Positions 23,406 to 36,842 are shown, counted from the first letter of the stretch. The stretch: 36,926 nt of DNA from Octopus bimaculoides (GCF_001194135.2 NC_068982.1:51483421-51520346), one strand, 5' to 3'. The notes: a model not told the origin generated them from the letters alone. Translations and numbers: made by a program.

Positions 23406-25904
23406 AAAATCTCGAATTCGACTATGTTGCTATCGATTTTTAACAGACGCTAAAAAGATATTAAATCAACTAGTTTTAATATTTCCATTTTTTTGACATG
23501 ATTTTTAGGTGGGGGTGGGGGGCTCAATACATACGTTTGTAAGGACTATTACACTATTATGCTTAGTTATTGGTTTATTTTAACACATTTGTAAATTATA
23601 ATTTGATAGCGTTGCTAACAATGATCATCTATAGCAATTTCCTGCAATGTGAGAATCGGTAACTGGGATCTTGAATATTGCACTTTTTGTGCAATGGTAA
23701 CAATTTAATTTCAAAAGGCTTTCCTCTTAGAATGCATCTGATTTTTGAAGAATTTAATCTCTTGGTTGCAATAAAACAATTTCGATAGAATTATGTTGGG
23801 TGGTAAGTACTAGAGTACAGCAAAAGTTCTCGGCGAAGTCAGTCTGCAAATTGGTTCTGATTTTTAAATAGAATCGTTTCACTTTGATAATCATTTATTT
23901 CAATGAGTAAAGCGTATATTCCATACGCTATTTATCCTGAACATTCTATTATTCTTTGCTGATGTAAGAAATTTGAAAAGTGTGGGTAATCTTACAGTAA
24001 ACTAAGTCGGAAATAGTTAACGATACTTCCATTTAGTTTTCTAAGAGCTTCGAAAGTTCGGATCGTTTTTTTTTTATTTTTAAAATTTTGCCTTTATATT
24101 GTATCTACGATTCAATTACATCGGTAGATATTTTTTTAAAATACTGACGCGGGTCGCTTGGAATTCATTTATATTCAATACATTTGCCCGTGGGCGACCT
24201 ATTCCAGACCTCCTTTATTTAAATTTCAAGGGCAAATGGACGAACCCTTTACAACGAAAATAGCCTGAATCTGTTTTTGTGGTCTTGGTTTGTCACATAG
24301 ATATAACTGGTCTCAACAACTCTGAGCGAAGTTTATAAAACAATATATTATTTTAGAGAACTTCCAACCATGAAATCCTATTGAAGGATATCTCTCTTAA
24401 CCGGACTTGCGTGTAAGCGCGCAACTGTGTGTGTGTGCAACAGTGAGTGCGTGCGTGTGCGCGCCCATTTCGAAAATATTGAAGTATTAATCAAGCTAAC
24501 CTTATAACTTTCGTCTGTTGTATTATCATTCTGAATTTCTATTTCTCTTTGGCAAAACATATAGTCTATAGCAACTCGCTAAACAACGAACTGATCTGGC
24601 TCTCTAAGCATTTTGTGCTAGTGAATAATCGTAGATGATGTTACAATACTGTCTGTCAACAGTAAATCTGTAATTTCTCTTATACCAAAGCCTTGAATCT
24701 ACTATCTTATGAAAGAACGAAGTACCGTTGACTTTTATTCATAATATTAGGGGAAAGAGTCCTTTTCTGCTACAAAGTCATACTCGATTACAAGTGACAG
24801 CAGAAGAGAGAGGGGGGTGAGATAGGGTGTACAGATATTTTGCTAACAAATTATGAAATTAACTGCACTTGACTTCTTCACATCTCTCGCTATATATATA
24901 CTTGTACATCTTTTATATATATTCTAGAGAACTTCCAGTTTTGTTTGATTTTCTTTTCGTAAAGTTCCCTCTAATTTTCCAAATCTACCCCACAAATCCT
25001 GGTTAATTTTCTGATTTTTTTTTTCCCCATTGTGAATCATTGTGTTTGAGGGTAAATTTATATTTTATTTGCATAGTGAGCGTCGTACGGCAGAGGTAAG
25101 CTTCTAACGAGCCGCCTCTGCAAGTTGGTTTCAATTACTGAGTGGATATGTTTCGCATTATTTTGGTAAAAGAACGTCAAAACACTGTATCTTCTTATAA
25201 ATGTCTTAGGTATACGTTTCTTGCCAATCGGTGCAAGAACCATTTATTTCGTGCAGTGTCCTCTCAGTTTATTTGTGATGTAATTTCACGTTATTCGCAA
25301 CCTTTGCTAATCACGTTGTTTCATATACATATTTAGAGTTAAGTCATGTATGAGTCGGAGTGGTTTCTTTTCATGTTTCTAATGATAAAAACTCGAAGAT
25401 ATATAATGCTAACCATTTTCATCGTAAGTGTATTTGTTACAACAAATATTTTGAAAGGACATGTACCCAAGAAATTTAGATACCAATAATTACGAGTGAG
25501 CAAGCTAAAGACAGTTGTACCTAGTATTTTTACTTTTGAACAAACTTTTTTGTTATTAAAAAAAGGTGCATTTAATTGAAAATTGTTCAAAGTTTTACGT
25601 GAGAAATTTTTTTAATAATCATGATAATGAATATTCTAAACTACCAAATTAAATTTTTTTTTTGTGGGGGGAGCGGGTTTAAGATTAATAATTTTTCATA
25701 CATCGTCTAGTAGTGTTTCTGTTCTCGATGAACATCACTTAATATCTACTAGTGAATTAATGTCAGATACAAATACAGTTAATAGCGTTCTCAGACCGAA
25801 TCTGCATGTGACAACGGTGGACATAAACTACCTAGACAAAATTGGCTTCTGTATTTCAACTAAACTAAATACTGTGTGTGGAGAGAGGGAGTGAGAGGTA
25901 TTCT

Positions 25905-25998
25905 ATAGGGAATACCATCATTGCATCAGAAGGGAAAGCATCAAAGAAATTATGTCAAGGATTGAACAGGCCAAGGCTGCTTTCAATGAGATAAAACA
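25905..25998 (+). mobile_element. Short RTE/RTEX ORF2 remnant
   Basis: GNTIIASEG/KASKEIMSRIEQAKAAFNEIK resembles YLGS.I..DG...KEI..RI..AK.AF. Confidence 0.5.
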
Positions 25999-26734
25999 CG
26001 CTGTCAAATGAACGGATATTATGTATTACATTATTTTCTTAATATTATGTCTAATTTATATCGTCATACCCCACTTCCATTATACTTCCTCACTGAGTTA
26101 AATCTGATACCGTTTCTAATTCGCGGGTGACCACTTCGCTTGTTGAACCACCACCCTGAGGGTGCAAAACAAGAGAGTAGGGAGCGTGTAGAGCATTGCT
26201 GATCGGCAAAGAAGTTTTTGGAATAAACGGCTAACACACGACTGCAAAACTTGCTGAAAATAGCAAGCTTCTCACTCATCACGCTTTACTGTCTTGAATC
26301 GTGTCAACTTTATCGAATAACAGATTTTGCAGTCATAACAACTCAAACGCTTTTCATCGTCTTGGCTTTGTTTGGCTGCTACTGACCAAGCCTATGAGGA
26401 ATATGCATAGTCTCTCTCTTTCTCAATCTCTGGCGCACGCACATGTGATTGTGGGTGTGTGTTGTTACATATATGATAGTGGGTGGTGGATCTCTATTGT
26501 TCTAGGATTAATAAATTTCCATTCGTGAATCGAAGTGTCACTGAGCAATTCCACAAACATTTACAACTTCATTATATTCTGTAAGTTGAATCCGCAGGGC
26601 AGAATGAGTAAATTACAGCTACAGTACACTCAACAAGCTTTTATGCAGTTTGCACCTACCAATTACACACACTTATAATACACGCATTTATGTCCCCTGG
26701 CATTGGTTACTAGGTGAGGACCATCTTATGTTCT

Positions 26735-27522
26735 ATTTTGGTTTCTATAGCTAGATGTCCTTATCACCAATCACTTTCCAAAGTGTACTGGGTGCATTTT
26801 TCATGAGACAAGCCGACATTTCTGCTTGCTTGTCCATCTCTTTACAGACTGAAAAGCCTGAATGATAGAGGCATCAATACACTGGGTACATCCTATGGAG
26901 TTTCTACCTACGCCTTTTCTACAGATTGAGTAGGGCCATCTACCTGAAGGGATTTGTGATTTGTCTGCCTTCCTTCTTATTAAGACTTTGGTTTTAGCCA
27001 GGTTGACTCTAAGGCCCTTCAACTGTAATCCTTGCTTCCACACCTGAGACTTTTCCACTAGTTCTGAGAGTGGCTCAGCAATTAGAGCAAGGTCAGCAGC
27101 ATAGAGTAGCTCCCAGGGACATCCTGTCTTGAATTCCTCTATTATTGCCTAGAAGACTATGTTCAATAAGAGGGGGCTGAGGACTGATCTTTGGTGGACC
27201 CCTACCGCTACTCGGAATTCTTCTTTGTACTCATTACCAACCCTCACCTTACTGACAGCATCCCTGTACATGGCTCGCACAGCTCTCACGAACCATTCAT
27301 CTATCCCTAGTTTCCTCATTGACCACCAGATAAGGGATTGAGGGATCCTGTCAGAGGCTTTCTCCATATCAACAAAAGCCAGGTACAGAGGTTTATCTTT
27401 GGTTAGGTATTTCTCTTGCAACTATCTTACCAGAAATATAGCATCAGTGGTGCTTTTCCCTGGCATGAACCCAAACTGCATCTCATCTAGACTGACTCTC
27501 TCCCTAATTAGTTGGGCTATGT
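26735..27522 (-). mobile_element. RTE-clade LINE fragment (RT core, deleted, joined to family B tail)
   Basis: MQFGFMPGKSTTDAIF, LAFVDMEKASDRIP, VGVHQRSVLSPLL, ELLYAADLAL, KGLRVNLAKTK; family B tail directly downstream at 26735-26805. Confidence 0.9.
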
Positions 27523-28239
27523 GATTATTTTTAGAATGACATTCTAGAGTATGTGTGACAGGCTTGTTTTGAACTTAAAACAGGATATTTGGGCCTAGTA
27601 TGACCACTTTAAATACTAAAGGTTTTAAATTATTTTTGAATTATTAAATTGGCTTGAAATTTTGACTGTTCACCCAAGGAAATAAATAGAACAATCTTTG
27701 AATGATTTGCATTGACTTACCTGCTTTTCATCAAATATTTTATTTATTCAGCACCAACATAATGCTTTGTCTAGATTTTTCCAAAAATTCAAATTGCTTA
27801 ATTTTATTAGAGTTCTCTCCCTTAGGATTTTTTAGATTTTAATTGTGGTTGTTTATTTATATTCATGTGATAATCCACCATTTTTGAGGATTTTTTTTTT
27901 TTGATTCGATGAAGCTATTAAATGGATCTACTACATTATATTAATTTTCAGACACAGCCAAATTTCAGAGGATGATGGTATAGATTTTATCACTTATACT
28001 ATATTACTGGTACTTTCAATCACAAATTAGGGTAAGCTATATAATTAACATAGCGTGAAAACTCAAAAGAATCAAGTTGTTAAATGATACAATAGACACC
28101 AATTGTGAATGTTCTGGTAGAATAAAGTCGTAGTTGGATATCTGGATTAATAAGACAAGCTCTACTCTTTAGAAACATTCAATGTTCTTTCAGCTATAAT
28201 TTCATGCTATTGATGACTTATATATATATATGGATATCC

Positions 28240-28499
28240 TTGGGCCAACCAGAGCTTTGTTAGTGGATTTGGTAGACTGAAACTGAAAGAAGCATATATA
28301 TCAGTGTGTATGTCTTTGTGTTTGTTCCCCCACCTCATCACTGCTTGACAACCAGTGTTGGTGTGTTTACGTCGCCATAACTTAACAGTTCAGCAAAAGT
28401 ACTAGGCTTTCTGAGGTTGATCTGTTTGGTTAAAAACTTTACAAGGTAGTACTGCAACTTGGCTACAGTCAAATGAGAGAAACAAGTAAAAGAATAAAG

Positions 28500-28500
<1 letters not shown>
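28240..28500 (+). mobile_element. Headless degenerate SINE family A
   Basis: GTGGATTTGGTAGACTGAAACTGAAAGAAG..GCTTGACAACC..GGTGTGTTTACGTC. Confidence 0.7.
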
Positions 28501-28539
<39 letters not shown>

Positions 28540-28625
28540 CTTTTATAAGTAATATTCTAAAAGAATATATAATTGAACTTATGTTGAGTGCTCAATTATC
28601 TTGAGCAAATAAATGTGTATATATG

Positions 28626-28739
28626 TGATTTTATATTATTAATTCATCAATAATATATTTAGGAAATCAATATTTAGTATTGAAATACTAAATATTGATT
28701 TCCTAAATATATTATTGATGAATTAATAATATAAAATCA
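28626..28739. repeat. Perfect AT-rich palindrome, 56-bp arms with 2-nt spacer
   Basis: 28626-28681 is the exact reverse complement of 28684-28739. Confidence 0.95.
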
Positions 28740-29034
28740 TATAGATATAGATATATATATATATATATATATATATAGATTGATAGATAGATCATTTAAA
28801 CTGGTTATGACAATTACTTAACTTATATAATGTTTTCTATCTTCTCCCATGCAAATAGCTTCCAATTTCTGGCGTCAACTGTCCTTTGTAAATAGAAATT
28901 GTCATTTTAGTGGGGATTGGCCTTGCAGTGCACCATTTCTTTACTAGTATTATTAGTAACAAAATGACAAGTGAAATAAATTACAAGGTGGGGGAACACC
29001 GCAAGCTGAAAATCTGATCTAAATTTATATGCTT

Positions 29035-29430
29035 CACATGCACACGCATATGCTAGTGTGTATTTGTGAAGCTGTGACTGCAGAGGACATGTGAAAGCCT
29101 GAAAGAAATGAAGCTAGCACACTCCACTGGATGCGTAGTATCAGAGTATGAATGTAAACATGTTGAAAGAAAGATTGGGTATGAGAAGCATCAGATGTCG
29201 TGTGCAAGAGAGAAGGCTGTGTTGGTTTAGTCATGTGATGGTGTGATGTATATGAATGAAGACTGCTGTATGAAGAAGGGCCAATCTCTAAATGTGGAGG
29301 AAAACTATGAAAGCGGAAGATGTAGGAAGACATGGGAAGAAGCTGTGAAAAATGATCTTCAGATCCTGAGCCTTACATAGATGACAAAAGATGGAGATGA
29401 TTGGCAACTTGCTGTGCTTGAGAAGACCAG
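29035..29430 (+). mobile_element. RTE LINE ORF2 C-terminal remnant
   Basis: GMRSIRCRVQERRLCWFSHVM and GRCRKTWEEAVKND motifs; ends GCTGTGCTTGAGAAGACC. Confidence 0.75.
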
Positions 29431-29441
29431 TCCAGCTACGT

Positions 29442-29765
29442 GAAGGCACATGGCTCAGTGGTTAGAGCATCGGGCTCACAAGCATGAGGTAGTGAGTTCA
29501 ATTCTCAGACTAGGCTATGTTGTGTTCCTGAGCAAGACCCTTTATTTCATGTTGCTCCAGTTCACTCAGCTGTAGAAATGAGTTGTGATGTTGCTGGCAC
29601 CAACCTGTATCGACTTTTGCTTTTCCCTTGGATAATATCAATGGGGTGAAAAGGGGAGACTGGTTTGCTTGCTATATTCCACAAACAACCTTGCCCAGAC
29701 TTGTGCCTTCGAGGAGAACTTTCAAGGAGTAATCCTATGGTCATTCATGACCGAAGGGGATCCTC
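29442..29765 (+). mobile_element. tRNA-derived SINE, a further family
   Basis: A/B-box head TGGCTCAGTGGTTAGAGC..GAGTTCAATTC; core CTTGAGCAAG-like..GCTCCAGTTCACTCAGCTG. Confidence 0.75.
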
Positions 29766-30954
29766 CTCAGTGTACAAAATAGGACAGGGTTAAAAAAGGA
29801 ACAAGAACAATAAATGGTGTCTTAACAGAAGTAAACAAGTGGAGACATCCAATGATATATACATCCCAACCTCTATTTCACCACTGTTATTTTAATGACT
29901 ATTCTACTGTATTGGCACCAGTGGACAGGTGTTCTCTAGCACCATGGGTTGCCACTCATTACAGTTCTACATAGGTAAAGCCTCACTTAGAATGTTTTGA
30001 CTTTGTCAAAGTTTGTGGGTTTAACTAGGGTATTCATTATGGTTATAGAGTCTAGTTTCTTATCTACTTATCATAATTTACAAAACTATTTTCAAGTACA
30101 TATCATTTATACCTGCAGTGACCTATATATCTTCAACAATGACGAATTCAGTAAAATAATGCTGAATTGAGAAATCAGTTTTGGTTAATTTATGTCTATT
30201 ACTAAATGTGGGCAAGGGCTAGCCTCTTTGAATTCATAAGTCCACCATGTCTATTCACTGTAATTTGCTCTGATAAGGTACTAAACACTTTATAGCAGCT
30301 CCATCTACCTAGGAACAAGTTGGTCGGCACCCAATGAACAGGAAGTTGAATAGTAATTTGGTGGCTTGGTGCCAAGATCAACTCTTCTCATGAAAATGAA
30401 TGAACTTGATATACAAGAAATGTAATCTAATGAAATGAACATGTTTCCTTGATTCAACTGAAAATTGTTGTTCTCTCAAACTTTTGCATAACTGAAAAAA
30501 AATTTTTCTCGTGCAGAAATAGAAATTTATAAAGGTAACAGCATGAAAGAAAGCAAAAAAAAAACTTAAGGTTGACTTTCTGCAGAAATTCAGATGTTGA
30601 AGATGCTTACAACACTAAATTGTATTTTAAGCAGTTCAGAATAATTAACCATTTTTATTTTGAAATAAAATATCTACTAAAATTTAATGAGTGAAAACAA
30701 AAAAAAACATTTGCTAATTTCTTAATATTCTTGTGTATTGATATAATTAGTAGTGATTCTGTACTTGCACTCAAATATGATTAAAAGAGAAAGGCTGAAG
30801 TATTCATATGAAAAGTTGCTTAATAAAAAAAGTGAGATTTAGTGCGATTTGAAAAAGGAAAAGGCAATTGATGACCAGTAATACTGGAATTTAGGGATAG
30901 ATAATCAAATACTAAAAGCATCAAGTTACTTTGAAGTGAGGTGGTACTCCAGAC

Positions 30955-31141
30955 CAGTGCTCTGCAACTGGTATGCTGTGGCACACTGGTGTGCCACAAG
31001 ACAATGCTAGATGTGCAGCAGTGTGACCTGAATATAATTTTTTTCTCAATACATTTAGTTTTATTTTTAGTTCAGGTGTGCCACCAAATTTTAAAAGAAT
31101 ATAAGTATACTGCAAGTGAAAAGAAAGGTTGCAGAACAATG
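30955..31141. mobile_element. hAT (Charlie-like) MITE
   Basis: TIRs CAGTGCTCTGCAAC and GTTGCAGAACAATG; 8-bp TSD CTCCAGAC/CTCTAGGC (6/8). Confidence 0.75.
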
Positions 31142-32024
31142 CTCTAGGCCCACAGATAACTAGCTAAACTCTCATCTATAAGGTCTGAGATTAGATACCC
31201 AGTTCGAGAATCACATTGTCTTTGAGCCAAAGCATTTAACTACATGTTCTACATGTTGCTCCAATTGGTTCTGCTGTCAAAAATGGTTATGACGAAGAGC
31301 ACTCACTGAAACATCCAGTTAGCACAGCATCATTGAGTTCGTGGTGCCACCAAAAACCTTCAGGCAGGAAGAGGTATACTTCCAGCTGTGGACTGTTATA
31401 TCCTATCTTTTAAAGGTAGCAATTTTTAGCAGGTTTATTTATCAGACCTTTATAAGCATACCAGATGCATTTGTTAATTGCTTCATTTAATAAATGCTCT
31501 GGAAAATGAATATCCAAGAAGATTTAAACCAATGAATCGAGTAAAAAAGTTATTGCAACATTGGTAAACAATAATTATAACGAATAAGTTATATTTTGTG
31601 CCAATATTTGAACCGCTGGTATGAAATACATATTGAAGCCATTTGAACCATTTTCTTTTGAGATAGTAACAAACAAACATTGCATTTGTTCAGGCAAACT
31701 ATGAAGATAGGGGATAAAATATGATTAAGATTATGAAAGATCATCAAAAAATTAAGTTTAGGAAGATATCCATGAAGATACTGTTATTGTAAAAAATTTG
31801 AAGCTGGAAGAGAGATCTGAAGGTGAGTAAGTACTAGGTTTGAAAATATAGATCATAGACTCTGTGTGTGAATACAATTGAAGGGCAGGAAAATAGGTAT
31901 TCAATAGTAAAAGTAGAGAGACAACTTAGTGAAAGCTGAAACTTCACAAATCATTACAAATTTTTCATTACTGATCTTCAGGTGATTATTAAATAAAGAC
32001 TAAAATTTAAAGTGCAAACATAAA

Positions 32025-32352
32025 GGCGCAGGAGTGGCTGTGTGGTAAGTAGCTTGCTTACCAACCACTTGGTTCCGGGTTCATTCCCACTGCGTGGCAC
32101 CTTGGGTAAATGGATTTGGTAGACGGAAACTGAAAGAAGCCTGTCGTATATATATATGTATATGTGTATATGTTTGTGTGTCTGTGTTTGTCCAACCAAC
32201 ATCGCTTGACAACCGATGCTGGTGTGTTTATGTCTCCGTAACTTAGCGGTTCGGCAAAAGAGACCAATAGAATAAGTACTAGGCATCCAAAGAATAAGTC
32301 CTGGGGTCGATTTCCTCGACTAAAGGCGGTGCTCCAGCATGGCCGCAGTAAA
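32025..32352 (+). mobile_element. SINE family A with a ~50-bp internal deletion, running into a gap
   Basis: Colinear with 7740-8146. Confidence 0.9.
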
Positions 32353-32533
32353 NNNNNNNNNNNNNNNNNNNNNNNNNNNNNNNNNNNNNNNNNNNNNNNN
32401 NNNNNNNNNNNNNNNNNNNNNNNNNNNNNNNNNNNNNNNNNNNNNNNNNNNNNNNNNNNNNNNNNNNNNNNNNNNNNNNNNNNNNNNNNNNNNNNNNNNN
32501 NNNNNNNNNNNNNNNNNNNNNNNNNNNNNNNNN

Positions 32534-32750
32534 AGTGAGCTGGCAGAATCATTAGCATGCCAGGTGAAATGCTTAGCAGTATTCCATCTGCCACTAAGTT
32601 CTGAGTTCAAATTCTGCCAAGGTTGACGTTACCTTTCATTCTTTCAGGGTCGATAAATTAAGTACCAGTTGAGAGTTGGGGTCGATATGATCGACTATCC
32701 CCTTCTCCCAAATGTCAGGCTTTGTGCCTGTAGTAGAAAGGATTATTTTG
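32534..32750 (+). mobile_element. SINE family C
   Basis: Homologous to 1752-1970. Confidence 0.85.
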
Positions 32751-33312
32751 AGAAATAATTTTTTTTTTTTTTTGAAAAAAAGCTTTTTTAGTACTAGGAC
32801 ACTAAAAAATTTTGTACCCAAGGCGGAACTTATTCTTTTATAACATTACCCTTAATTGTTATTGTGGAATTGTGAGTAGTGAATTGAATACTTAGACCAT
32901 GGATGAATCATATGGTTAGATTATTACTTAAGCTAAATATTTGATAGGCTTCGGTGTTGAATTAATATACATTCTAAGGGAAGGCTTTAGTTGATGAAAT
33001 TTAAAGAATTGCTGCTTTAGTTTGTATGAATACTGAAGAGAGAGGCTGTTTAGCAGCATCTAGAAAAAGAATTTCACACATTTTTGTTACATAGATAAAA
33101 AAAGCATGAATAATTTGCTGAATATATGATATCTGTGGGGCAGCTGATGATGGAGGTACATTGGATTGTTGGTATGGCTATTTGTGTATATGTGAAATAG
33201 TCTTATAATACATCCTTTTGAGATATATATATATATATATATATATCAAGGTGCATTGGTTAATGTGTGCTATAATATATGTGTTTGTGTGGTGTGTATG
33301 AGTTCTGAGGGA

Positions 33313-33655
33313 AAGCGTATGGCTTAGTGCTTAGGATGGTGAGCTTCTGATCATATGGTTCTGGTTTTGATTCCAGGTCTGCATTGCATGTTGTGTTATT
33401 GAGCAAAGTATTTCATTTCTGTTGTTCCACTCTACTCAGAATGAGTACCAGTTGAGTGTTGGTGCAGCCCACTCTTCATCCAGCTGTAACCTCTTTGATG
33501 TTCTGCTGGGTTGGACAAATATGGAAGGACTGATTAGTGTCTCTGCTTGCTCATGACTAAAGTCCTGGAGTCGATTTGTGCAACTAAGATCCTTCTAGGT
33601 TCTGCCCCAGCACAGCCACAGTATAATGACTGAAACATAAAAAGATGAAATAGAA
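33313..33655 (+). mobile_element. Old tRNA-derived SINE with family-A-like 3' tail
   Basis: TGGCTTAGTGCTTAGG head; AAGTCCTGGAGTCGATTTG..AATGACTGAAAC tail. Confidence 0.55.
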
Positions 33656-34039
33656 ATAGAGCTGACTTCTCAGAGACTGTTCCTTTATTGGAATTTAGAC
33701 AACACAAGCTTGGTAGTTATATATTGGTGTACTTTAAAATATTGCACACATACATATGTGCAAGTATGAACATCATTGCATGTGTGGATCAGTATGCTCT
33801 GATTTACATATGGCACATGCACGTGTTTTAACAAGTATTCTTTCATATTATGAGTATGTCCTCCAGATGTATTTATGCACTAATTACAAGCTAGACTTAA
33901 GAAGACATTTAGATATTTCACAGTTTCATTAATGTCTTGTCATAGTAATTAGCCATGATCTTTCTGATTTTATAAAGCCCAGCTTCTCAACATTAGTACT
34001 AAGTATCCAAGTGTCCCAATAATTACAGGTATGAATCTA

Positions 34040-35390
34040 CACTGCATGTCAAATTATTAGGCAGTTGTGTTTTTTTTTTGAAAATAACAGTATTTATTCA
34101 TTTGAATCCAGACACCTCTTCACTGAATGATGGCAACATCTGCCTGCGCATACTGTAGTAAAATAAATTGTATCTGCACAGATGTAAAGAAATAGCAGCC
34201 TTTTTAATGAAACAGCAACAATTTTACTGTGTTAAATTATTAGGCAAGTGCCCAATAAAAGTGTTCTTATGGGTCAAAAACGTGATTTAACATCAAATAA
34301 GAAGTCCACCATCATCTCAGAGCTTGGAAAAACAAAAACATTGGAAATATCAAAGATCCTGGGAAGAGATCATCGAACTGTGAAGAAATTTGTGGAGTCT
34401 TCTGCTGTCCATTCGAGGGCTGACAAGGGTAAATCGAGGGTCATTTCCAGACACACCCTGTCATGTATAATGAGGGAAGTTGCGAAGAACACATGTCTGA
34501 CTAGTCAAGAAGTGTTTAAATGTTGTGGTGGGGAAGACATTTTGAAATCTACTGGGTGTCGCTTCTTGAAGCATGTACCCAAGAACGTGAAACCTGTTAC
34601 GAAGCCCTCTCTGAAGGCTGTTCAATAACAAAATAGTCAAATGGGCAGAAGACTACATAAACATAGATTTTTCAAAAGTTCTCTTTACTGAGGAATTCCA
34701 TGCTACCCTAGATGGGAGGTTGCAATTAGGAGAAATCAGCCTCGTTGTTTGAGACACCAGCAAAGGGGAGGTTGAGTCATGATTTGTGTTGGCATCATTG
34801 AAGACAAGTTCGTTGGGCCTTCGAAAATTCCAGACGGAATTAAGATGACATCTAATGCCTATGTTGCCCTTTTGGAGGAGACTTTTGAAACCTGGTTGAA
34901 GAAGCAGTAAGTTCCATCAAAGAGAACGCTGGTATTCATGCAAGATGATGCGCCCTCTCGTGCAACTAAGAAATCTTTGGAAAACCTACAGCAATTAGGC
35001 TTCTCTTGACACCGTTTGATGAAGTGGCCAACATGATCACACAACTTAAACCCAATTGAAAATCTATGGAGTGTTCTGAAGAGGAAAATATGTAAGATGG
35101 ATGGCAGTTTTCAATGAAAGATACTCTCTGGGAAGATATTGTAGATGCTGCTGACCTTGACAGATTCAATGGATAAATGCGTCAGGGATGCTCTCTCATG
35201 TGCAGGATCATACATCCATCATTAAGAACTTTATGATGTCATGTTTCTTGTATTATTTGCATTCAAACATATAATGTTCATTATAAAGTCCGTTATGATT
35301 ATATTTGTTATTAAGAATTGTCGCATATAGTAAATGTTTCTTTTTGAATAATTAGAATTTTTATTAGATCCGCCTAATAATTTACGAGGG
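34040..35390 (+). mobile_element. Second DD37E (TRT-type) Tc1 transposon, decayed
   Basis: MGQKRDLT..LGRDHRTVKKFV..RADKG; MQDDAPSR..37 aa..LNPIENLW. TA|CACTGCATGTCAAATTATTAGGC at the left end and GCCTAATAATTT at 35372-35383. Confidence 0.85.
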
Positions 35391-35550
35391 TAAAAATTAT
35401 GCTAACGAACAAAAATAGCCATTGTTTTGTTACTATTGGTAGACCACATATATTTTGGTGCAAGAAATGCAGATAGGTGTTATCATGCAGCACAAAAATA
35501 TCTGGATTCAAACAAATGAATACTGTTATTTGGAAGAAACTCAGCTGCCT

Positions 35551-35553
35551 ATT

Positions 35554-35586
<33 letters not shown>

Positions 35587-35872
35587 GTATATATATATAN
35601 NNNNNNNNNNNNNNNNNNNNNNNNNNNNNNNNNNNNNNNNNNNNNNNNNNNNNNNNNNNNNNNNNNNNNNNNNNNNNNNNNNNNNNNNNNNNNNNNNNNT
35701 GTGTACAAATATATATATATATATACATATATATACACACACACATATGTGTACAAATATATATATATATCATCATCATCATCATCATCATGATATATAT
35801 ATATATATATACACACACATATATGTGTACAAATATATATATTTGTACACACATATATATATACATATGCTA
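35551..35872. repeat. Compound (TA)n/(CAT)n microsatellite with repeated GTGTACAAATATAT units, spanning a gap
   Basis: Direct reading. Confidence 0.9.
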
Positions 35873-36842
35873 TAAATTTAGCTCATTTTAGCACCTGTTT
35901 ATTTTATTTTCTGTTAATTTTAAATCGTTACAACTTAATATTTTATTGGTCTATTTTAGTTCAATCTTGCATATATTATTAGCAATCCTTGTTGCATTCT
36001 CTTATCAGATTGGTACAAACATATACAATAAAATATTTTTAGAGTAGTTGACTGATCTCACACTTGAAATCCTCTTTTGACAAACAATCATTGGTCCACA
36101 CTATTGCATATAACATGACTTAATTTGTACTTGTACAGTTATATAATTTTAATCTTTCATAATTTCTGATTAAACAAAGATTTAGCAGGTTCTGCCACCT
36201 TTTGAAAACTTATTAGTACATGCATTAATTTAAACTCTTAATTTATCTGTTATGTTCTCTACAAAAATCTGTGCCATTTGCTATAGACTCATTCTTTACT
36301 ATTCATGCTTGTTTCTCAGCTTATCACTATAACTCTTCTATGTATCTTTTTGTTGTCACAGTGTAAGCATGCTCACTTCTTTAGCTACTCATTTTTCAAT
36401 TGTGTCTCTAGTTCTTTCTCCTAACCATCTGTTTTGCAGCTTTAAAACCCATAAGATCTCTCTCTCTCACTTTTCATCTCCTTTCTCCCTCTTACATGCA
36501 AAGTGACTTCATTCTATGTATGGCCACTTGTTTTTACATATAAAGTTTCTTAGAGAAACGTTGCCCTCCTGTAATATTTGTTACAGATGTAGAATATAAC
36601 TGCCTCATTGCTTTAACTATAATCCCTTTGGTCCTAGATCTGTCATATCAAATCTTAGAATACACATCCTGTGCCAAAGCATACACATATCTTTTAACCA
36701 CATTGTACAGATACATGTTAAATATTCTGGTTGCTGTGTTAGGTACCTAACAGATTTTTTTTTTCTTTAAGTATACATTTCTACACAAGACACAACCTTG
36801 TGCTCTTTGTCACATGAAGTGCATTTAACTGTCAAAGAATGT

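Noticed and set aside
10067-35875. Long ORFs made of X or IY/CV/HT repeats
   Set aside because: They are translations of N gaps and microsatellites.
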